From Candidatus Rifleibacteriota bacterium (lineage in GTDB: Bacteria > Muiribacteriota > Ozemobacteria > Ozemobacterales > Ozemobacteraceae): 64,000 nucleotides of DNA. This document shows, one piece after another, positions 59,401 through 64,000 of the stretch. Under the pieces are notes generated by a model. That model saw only the letters and a list, made by a program, of their open reading frames with translations, did not search any database and was not told the origin of the DNA. Made by a program: the position numbers and the translations under genes. The stretch spans positions 128,826 through 192,825 of the forward strand of contig JAAYNI010000033.1 of the NCBI GenBank assembly GCA_012520995.1, in the 5' to 3' direction. The stretch's first letter is position 1, and each line of letters begins with the position of its first letter.

Positions 59401-62400
59401 GAGTTTTATATACGTTGTGAAACAGAAGCTTTCAGAGATCTGTGGGGCAATAGTAACGAACCTTACCCGAATGCCGGAGGCATTGCGGCTATGATTAATA
59501 CAGTCAAGCCTTCTTCTGTTACTCAGCCTCCTTCGGTTAGAACCTTAGCAGTCAAACCTGTTTCAAACGAATATGCTCTTTTCAAGGGACAGCCCGAGGG
59601 GCAGTTCTTCTATGAAGTAGCTTTTGATACGCCAAGCTTGACTCAAGGCGTGACAGTTCCTATAGCTCGCAATTTAGTTCCGACTCTTGAACTTTTTGTC
59701 GATGATGGAACCTTCAAAGTGGTAGACAGACCCAAATTCCTGGGATGGACAGAGCATGATCAGAATGGCACTGTGAGAACAGTTGCTCAGTTTAGCAACA
59801 CCAGTCTCTCAACTATGGGTTCTGAACAACGTGTGCCTGTCATTGCCAGGATTTCAAACTATACCGACATATTCAATCTTGCCAATCCTGTAAACAATAC
59901 CTTGGTAAGCAAGGCTTATAACTTGGATAAGAAGATTGAAGGCAATATAGGCTCTTATGATGGATTCAAGGTAGCAAGCTGGAGCATGGAGTTTGACAAC
60001 TGTCCTCCTAGCCCGATTCAGGCAGCTGCCAGAATTAACAATGAACCTATAGTGAATAATATAGTTCCCAATATACCTGAAGGTCATCTCAAAGTAAAAA
60101 TCAAGTTCAACGAAGCGATGAACAATAGCAACAGCACTACTTTGAGACCCAGATTGCTCTTGGTTACACCAAGCGGTGACAGAGTTATGCAGTTCAATTG
60201 GGTAAGATGGGAAAGTCCAGATACAGCAGAATTCATGAATCAGTCTCCATTTGATGGCAATATAATTCAAGGCAAGGCTTATTTCAGTGTTTCGGGCGGC
60301 TATGACGAAGCCGGCAATCCTTGTCCGGAAGGTCATGTCATGGATGATATCTATTTTGTGGATATAAGATCTCAGGGACCTGTAGTTGAAAAATTTATGG
60401 TTCAGACTTTGCAGACGACCACGGCAAACTCTGAGTTTGATTACTCGATTGATATGCCTTACAGCCCCAAGATAAGTTCGGATTACAATAATCCATACAA
60501 CTTGCCTGGTATAGCTACTATCAAGATATATTTCCAGAAACCTCCGGTTGATAACACTGGCACTCTGCAAATATGCAATTTGTCTGGCGGCAGCATAATA
60601 AAAGAATTGCCCGCTGTGCCTTCTGATACTGGCAACGAATGGATTGTTAAATGGGATGGAACTAAGGCTGATGGCACTGAAATCCAGTCCAACTATCCGG
60701 TTCTTTATGATCTTAAATTCGTAGATTCAGCTGGAAATATTGCTAATAGAGTAGGGCGAATTGTTTATGATAACAATCCTCCGCCTGTCACATCATGGGA
60801 ATTCCCTGAATTGCAATACAGAGACAATGTTGTGTATTACAGCCCTGATGTTCATTCTACGACTAAGTTCAATGTGATTACCGGGCAGCTTGGCGAGCCT
60901 ATGCGTCTTTTGTTGCAGAAAGAAGGCGAAGAACGCAAATATGTCTATGACATGTCCGCCTATGCGTCTATGGGCTATACTCTCAACTTCTCTGGCCAGG
61001 TTCCAGGTTCTGCGGCTTATCTCACAGGCGAATATAAGGCAAGCTTGGTTGATGCGGCTGGCAATCTGGGTGTTCCCGCTTTCTCCGGCGGACAAGCAGG
61101 CTTTACTCTGATGATAGACAGGAATCCTCCTGTTCTGACTCAGGTAAAAACTGAAAAAATAGCTAAATCAACCGGCTCTTTAGTGAGTCCTTACCCATTA
61201 GGCGAAGTTGATAGATTCAACGCTAATAAAAATGATCTTATGATCACTGTTGTTGAAGCTGTTGTGCCTGGCGAAAAACCCTTAGATGAAGGCACAGGCC
61301 TAATAAAGATAATGTCCGGCTCTACGGTTATGAGAGAACTTCCCTTGTTGAAGTCCTCAAGTAATGACATATACGCTATATGGGATGGCAAGAACTCTGA
61401 CGGAATCTTGGTTCCTGACGGCCGATATGTAATTAAAGTTGCAGACTTGGCTGGCAATGAAGCGGCTATGATGAAAGAAATCTATGTTGTGGCTACTTTG
61501 TTCAGCTTTGAAAGAGTTGAACAGGATGGCATTAACAAGATAAAGATGTTCTTTACCCACGAAGTGCATCCTTCTGGAGCCAATCCTTCAAAGTTTGCTA
61601 TAACTGGCGGTTTGTCTTTCGCAACTGTAGTAAAAGATGAAACTGACAAGACTTTGCTGACGGGCACTTTGGCTTCTCCCATGACCCTTGAACATCACGG
61701 TACGGAAGTGGTTGTTAAGGCTATAAATCTTATAAGCATTGATGAAGCGGAATTGAGCGCTGTAAATTCGGCAAGCTTTATACCTGACACTAAGGGGCCT
61801 GAAATAAAGAATGTAAACTTTGAAGGTCTGACTGTTCCTAATGCATTCAATATTGTCTTTGATGAAAGGGTTGATCCGACAAGTGTAGTCGACAAGACTA
61901 AATACACTCTTACAGTTCAGAATAGCGGCGGTATTACTCTTCCGATAAAATCGGTAGGACTACAGCATGAAAACAAATCTGTAATAGTGATGACGGAACA
62001 GAAACTTGATGTCGGCAGTTTTTATGTGGTTTCAATTACTGGAGCAAAAGACTTGAAGGGCAATGTGAGCAATCCAGTTTCCCAGCCTTTCGAAGGAATA
62101 GACGTTACGCCTCCTGAATTTATTATATCGGCTTTCAGCAACCCTGCTAACGAGTTTGATATTATAGTTACGGTTAAAGCCAATGAAGAGCTTAAGAGTG
62201 ATCCTCCGGTTAAAGCCTATATAAGGCAGATTGGCGGAAAACTGATTACAGCTTCTATGAATACGACCAACTATCCAAATATGTATATGATAGGCGTGCA
62301 TCTTGATCCTAACCACTCAGGTATAGTTAACATCAAAGTTACGGGTGAAGATCTTAGCGGTAACGAAGGCAGTGCGGAATATGTCTTCACCACTGCGTAT

Positions 62401-63483
62401 ATTAATGCTTCCATGAGAGCATCTGTAATCTCCGATGACGAGATCCTTACTGCTTTCTTTGAACCTGGCACTCTCAGGGAAAACTCAAAAGTCATGCTTT
62501 TCAGGGACTCTGTTTCTGTTACTTTGCCAGAAAGCGGTGAAGTCAGATCTTCTATAAGACTTTCAGTTGCTGAAGGACTCAAAGATCTCTCAGGTTTGCC
62601 TAATAGTGTTGCCAAATCTGTAACCCCATCACTTCAGGGAGACGAGTTGAAACCTGTAGCAGATTCTTACAGTTTCTCGGTCCCTGAGGGCAGATTGCAG
62701 ACAGCCGTGCCATTTACTATGAAACTTGCTTCCAGCACTTTGGAGAGTTCGGTAAATCTCTACAGAAATGTGGCTGACAAGTGGGAATTGGTGGAAACAG
62801 AACAGATAGATGGCAATCAGCTCAAATTCTATTCTGAAACCTCAGCAAGATTTGCCTTAATGAGAGATACTATGGCTCCGAGAGTTTCTATCAGAAACAG
62901 CTTTGCTCAGCCGATTAAAGAAGAGCGCCCCACGTTTATCTTCGCAGTAGAAGAATTTGGTTCGGGTCTTGACAGAGAGAGCGTAAGAATTACACTTGAT
63001 AATAGGAGTTATACTCCTGTTGTTAGCGATGATGCTACTCGCTTGCTCTTTAAGCCCTTTGACGGTCTTGTCGGCGGCACTCACACTGTGGGTATAAGAG
63101 CCTCTGACCGTGCAGGAAATCAGGTTGTCTTCCAGGAAGTAAGGTTCCAGCTTGCTCCTCCTTTGCGCATTAAGCAAGTAGTTCAGTATCCTAACCCTGC
63201 AAGCTCCTATGTCAAGATTCGTGTGGATACTAACAGTTCACTTATTGATGATGTGACTGTAAAGATCTATGACACTTCAGGGCAACTGGTTACTGATTAC
63301 GTGAAAGATGACGGAACACCAGATCTGAAAGCCCAAGGTGTGCACGAATATCGCTGGGATTTGAGAAATAAATCAGGCAGACGTGTAGCCAACGGCGTTT
63401 ACATTGCAAAAATCGAAGTTAGAGATCCATACGATTGGAATAAAAAATATAAATACACTCAAAAAATCGCAGTTCTCAGATAA
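53497..63483 (+). CDS. giant (3,328 aa) secreted multi-Ig-domain surface protein with C-terminal T9SS type-A sorting domain
   Basis: Signal peptide (ALLCLLTLFLIVSVSADA). At least 10 repeats begin with (V/I/L)D(N/T/S)xxP(x)(I/V) and are about 100-aa beta-rich units of Big_3-like Ig type. Internal FlgD-Ig-like modules read TIKIYFQKPPVDNTGTLQICNLSGG...WDGTKADG... and GLIKIMSGSTVMREL...WDGKNSDGILVPDGRYVIKV. The final about 90 aa read VVQYPNPASSYVKIRVDTNSSLIDDVTVKIYDTSGQLV...GVHEYRWDLRNKSGRRVANGVYIAKIEV...QKIAVLR. These match the T9SS CTD pattern. GGGAG Shine-Dalgarno. The gene lies 33 nt after the upstream GT9 gene. Confidence 0.8.
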   Translation: MRNDKRIAGIGINFGKALLCLLTLFLIVSVSADAAISRPQVILSADQNGDGIAGVGDTITFTCTSDADPVDDVYVTVADAIGFSRLTMQEMGNNLYSVNYTIRPGNINKHVLFAFVDHSSSVNVTTSFLVNSIIPASTYQPAVSGYTGPGRTFRYGDTLTVTHNLTTGYDSSTIMELDLSPINLGVVRMGKSGSSFTTEIRIPSGLKLSDTSLRAVATNANGNSQEWYSQPFAVDTQPPVILNARVQNTTQNGNTGWAIINDTLRITASVERYENDILLVDCPHLFSGGPRHMDYVGSDADIGNFSLEVVLDDVALQGRTLAFNIMARDEATNRGYASTNTIRVDTLPPSFSSLSVIIRKPDGSTGNTAIVGDIIRIEGSMATVMPDITLTVDFTELGGSSAHIIPFTDGSVAPNVSVRTFRTDFMVTRGELENTTPLSFNVTATDVAGNTIQRVAMPAVYVDNKPPVISSATFANITNPGEPVKFGDQISVSATVADIDDGEVYIDLRFLGGAQKALLNKVGSNQFMLNHRVGKSIDPLEPNFIDRPLAFNVIAVDDAGNKHEMQTNSLQVDSEAPDILSVEYVVQPPLSETRRYIKAGDYLTLKVKLAKSESSVYDGQTVIMDLTDLGGEANQALNYMGGYYTFSMVVRQGQIDFGSTFRATATDNDGNTDSGYIHLPLDNKGPLTGPLSVRFLADRTTQGVINIGDEIEITIPVDDGHDEGYATIDLSLVGGASDHVINYMDYNDPKKSYIIRMVCSEAATADPAYVFSAVVYDKAGNKMSSLSQPIKVDCRKPVVDTFEAIHIKRAGNPGVVNVGDDLKFTAEVDDSAEEGLIPTLNLLKVGGSARQEMEDAGDGTFTYTHRVVAGETDGEDVKFKLTFKNSAGNIADTPNIYSRSFFVDNCPINITEISYVLLEDTNGNNIVDLDGSYTDVPVSAPDKVSLSMRLSASGQLTADLSKFGYGTTATPLNIIDDVSGETSELVFEVKQGTVNGEDVKIKLRAVDENGNVSVFETPNTLRLDNRPPEVGVPEIIIETDNGVIGEANAGDVLKIRAVVKNNDGLPPLLIFNKLVQAHPPGVQLPSDIIMAEVPAKPDLYEAEWVVPTGLSAKAPLTVLSTDKSGNTVYRDSLPMRFLSKDITPLGGTVSLFYDANANGIINPGDQVRITYSLEDVYSMPNNSPITNVYVDVSPLTSLMGGPVPDPENPDAYWAKLRYDYNNTGSPYVYEEIFTASETITLDRGADTDSWIFKVRIMHPDGTNKTTKRDTIECTFPIDTKVPNIIPNSLQIRIVEDNDDNPDITTANINDIIEVQAEIKNYPDSDTTVATLFMGTANEVMHRIPLTQITGTEIWQGQTTIATGTRLMGQPLYDGDWRIANGDIARMIVHATDDAGNTKASHATPYKPENAIKIDNKPPVFSKVQIFSGENNDEPWVVNVGNGLATDTLQFGVTLGEIVYADLYNNRGKAWVDLAQIGIDEPYYLKPGTSTGIGNTIVFGTDPNTYFPADFAPFVIKTEIDLATYTFPIWVQDEAGNKDKRIDHSQRIAIDTSSPKLVRAEYDGMMLTLKFSEIVRQDTFNINNIRIGKQYNVTDYYINNGQAIKLSDDSSDPAVCDIIMPLSDSDTYNILICPVNRGKIADWGNTSLYVSIASQDTDPGHNRYDVNGYLGKDEAGNWLQPVMRNEPADVVVTEEYIVRPNLVNAYYNAAGTIEDQSYLYLEFDREMDLTSITPASINRLAIWRDPAFTAENWNIRYRMRSGFDTFDMSDAYNSTNGLKRLRIRLSQEAQDWLALVYGKNSEKLHVQIDGYLFEPQPYPASQPPLARDIYGNRVNPIRPKDALEGRIYPLTTKFAVSAGITLDLTGDKPMLVIPFENRRVKLFQDTYTASSLNIPKNTPVDLSKVYIWSSSGTSSAQYIGLGAKGTSPAMVDWDSLTYGFSNINSFASPVVNIALTEEALNTMLSWGTSEFYIRCETEAFRDLWGNSNEPYPNAGGIAAMINTVKPSSVTQPPSVRTLAVKPVSNEYALFKGQPEGQFFYEVAFDTPSLTQGVTVPIARNLVPTLELFVDDGTFKVVDRPKFLGWTEHDQNGTVRTVAQFSNTSLSTMGSEQRVPVIARISNYTDIFNLANPVNNTLVSKAYNLDKKIEGNIGSYDGFKVASWSMEFDNCPPSPIQAAARINNEPIVNNIVPNIPEGHLKVKIKFNEAMNNSNSTTLRPRLLLVTPSGDRVMQFNWVRWESPDTAEFMNQSPFDGNIIQGKAYFSVSGGYDEAGNPCPEGHVMDDIYFVDIRSQGPVVEKFMVQTLQTTTANSEFDYSIDMPYSPKISSDYNNPYNLPGIATIKIYFQKPPVDNTGTLQICNLSGGSIIKELPAVPSDTGNEWIVKWDGTKADGTEIQSNYPVLYDLKFVDSAGNIANRVGRIVYDNNPPPVTSWEFPELQYRDNVVYYSPDVHSTTKFNVITGQLGEPMRLLLQKEGEERKYVYDMSAYASMGYTLNFSGQVPGSAAYLTGEYKASLVDAAGNLGVPAFSGGQAGFTLMIDRNPPVLTQVKTEKIAKSTGSLVSPYPLGEVDRFNANKNDLMITVVEAVVPGEKPLDEGTGLIKIMSGSTVMRELPLLKSSSNDIYAIWDGKNSDGILVPDGRYVIKVADLAGNEAAMMKEIYVVATLFSFERVEQDGINKIKMFFTHEVHPSGANPSKFAITGGLSFATVVKDETDKTLLTGTLASPMTLEHHGTEVVVKAINLISIDEAELSAVNSASFIPDTKGPEIKNVNFEGLTVPNAFNIVFDERVDPTSVVDKTKYTLTVQNSGGITLPIKSVGLQHENKSVIVMTEQKLDVGSFYVVSITGAKDLKGNVSNPVSQPFEGIDVTPPEFIISAFSNPANEFDIIVTVKANEELKSDPPVKAYIRQIGGKLITASMNTTNYPNMYMIGVHLDPNHSGIVNIKVTGEDLSGNEGSAEYVFTTAYINASMRASVISDDEILTAFFEPGTLRENSKVMLFRDSVSVTLPESGEVRSSIRLSVAEGLKDLSGLPNSVAKSVTPSLQGDELKPVADSYSFSVPEGRLQTAVPFTMKLASSTLESSVNLYRNVADKWELVETEQIDGNQLKFYSETSARFALMRDTMAPRVSIRNSFAQPIKEERPTFIFAVEEFGSGLDRESVRITLDNRSYTPVVSDDATRLLFKPFDGLVGGTHTVGIRASDRAGNQVVFQEVRFQLAPPLRIKQVVQYPNPASSYVKIRVDTNSSLIDDVTVKIYDTSGQLVTDYVKDDGTPDLKAQGVHEYRWDLRNKSGRRVANGVYIAKIEVRDPYDWNKKYKYTQKIAVLR

Positions 63484-63500
63484 AAACTTCGGTTAAAGTT

Positions 63501-63566
63501 AAAAAACAAGCTCCTGTGTCCGATATTTCTCAGGAATACAAAAGAAGACAGCACAGGAGCTTTTTT
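63501..63566 (+). terminator. rho-independent terminator after the giant gene
   Basis: CAAGCTCCTGTG (63507-63518) pairs with CACAGGAGCTT (63553-63563), followed by T6 (63561-63566). There is extended imperfect pairing inside the loop. Confidence 0.55.
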
Positions 63567-63567
63567 A

Positions 63568-64000
63568 ATGAAAAAAATAGCAATTTTTATTTCCGTTCTG
63601 CTGGTAACAACTTTTGCTTTGAACGGATGCGGGGGCGGCGGCAGCGGTCGCTATACAGTTCCCCCTGACATAGGCGGTATAGGCCCTGGTGGAAGTTTGA
63701 CTCCTGGCGGTTCGGGCGGAGTTTTGCCGGGACAGCCTGGCGGTGCTGAAACGAATCCGGAAGCGATGCTTTATGCTGCTTGGGAAGATTTCAATCTTGG
63801 CTCCTACAATACAGCTATTTATAAGTTCAATGCTGTTATAAGTTCTACTGCAGCCTCTGACGCAGATAAATATGAGGCATATAATGGTCTTGGGTGGGCT
63901 ACGGCTAAGTCCGCTGATGGTGGCGGAATAATTTCTGCATTGGAAATATTCTCTCACGCCTATCCTTATAACGACGAGTCAAAAATAGGCTATGCGGCAG
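63568..64000 (+). CDS. lipoprotein with Gly-rich linker and TPR-like region (3' end runs off the window)
   Basis: MKKIAIFISVLLVTTFALNGC has an L-x-G-C lipobox. A G/P-rich linker (GGGGSGRYTVPPDIGGIGPGGSLTPGGSGGVLPGQPGG) is followed by a helical-repeat start (YNTAIYKFNAVI...YEAYNGLGWA). The ORF is open to the window end. The ORF track omits it because no stop falls in the window. Confidence 0.65.
   Translation, partial: MKKIAIFISVLLVTTFALNGCGGGGSGRYTVPPDIGGIGPGGSLTPGGSGGVLPGQPGGAETNPEAMLYAAWEDFNLGSYNTAIYKFNAVISSTAASDADKYEAYNGLGWATAKSADGGGIISALEIFSHAYPYNDESKIGYAA

Noticed and set aside
63494-63526. Possible sigma-28 promoter (TAAAGTT ... CCGATAT) upstream of the lipoprotein gene
   Set aside because: The spacing between TAAA and CCGATA is about 22 nt, versus the 15-16 nt expected for FliA promoters. 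The element also lies inside the terminator hairpin.
1-64000. Scan for tRNA/rRNA genes, CRISPR arrays and IS elements in the larger intergenic gaps (5631-5961, 9289-9641, 34283-34471, 39905-40184)
   Set aside because: No cloverleaf-compatible segments (no T-loop GTTCGA-like motifs with matching acceptor stems) were found. No regularly spaced direct repeats or transposase/integrase ORFs were found either. The gaps are best explained by promoters and terminators.

Overview
The window is a 64-kb chromosomal segment from a moderately AT-rich, diderm (LPS-containing), flagellated bacterium. The giant protein at the 3' end carries a T9SS-type C-terminal sorting domain, which points to an FCB-like or candidate-phylum lineage. 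Coding density is high, with 55 protein-coding calls. I found no rRNA, tRNA, CRISPR array, transposase or integrase.

Recognisable content:
- A glycolytic gene (gpmI).
- A cheC-cheD-fliA chemotaxis/flagellar sigma-28 operon behind a near-consensus sigma-70 promoter.
- A wecB-like UDP-GlcNAc 2-epimerase gene.
- A DUF2157-like membrane protein followed by two tandem GDYXXLXY-domain paralogs.
- A sugar ABC importer operon ending in nrnA.
- ispG with two prepilin-type pseudopilins.
- A DnaB helicase with an unusual N-terminal zinc-ribbon plus Q/P-rich low-complexity extension.
- A bamA-skp-lpxD-(small OMP)-lpxC-fabZ-lpxA outer-membrane/lipid A operon.
- A methyl-accepting chemotaxis protein, a dGTPase-like HD hydrolase and a pyrimidine-nucleoside phosphorylase.
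- An AAA+ ATPase divergent from two unknown genes.
- A roughly 20-kb apparent LPS-core operon running CsaB-fusion, asd, DUF362/ferredoxin, LpxL-like, WaaA, three GT9 heptosyltransferases and a 3,328-aa multi-Ig surface protein.

The most unusual elements:
- The giant adhesin, which appears co-transcribed with the LPS-core genes.
- The DUF2157/GDYXXLXY module, whose second paralog is split across two reading frames.
- The DnaB with a prion-like N-terminal extension.
- The membrane-fused CsaB pyruvyltransferase.
- The AAA+/unknown-gene module with an ACAGATG motif array nearby.

All calls are based on reading the translations and sequence by eye. No database searches were run.
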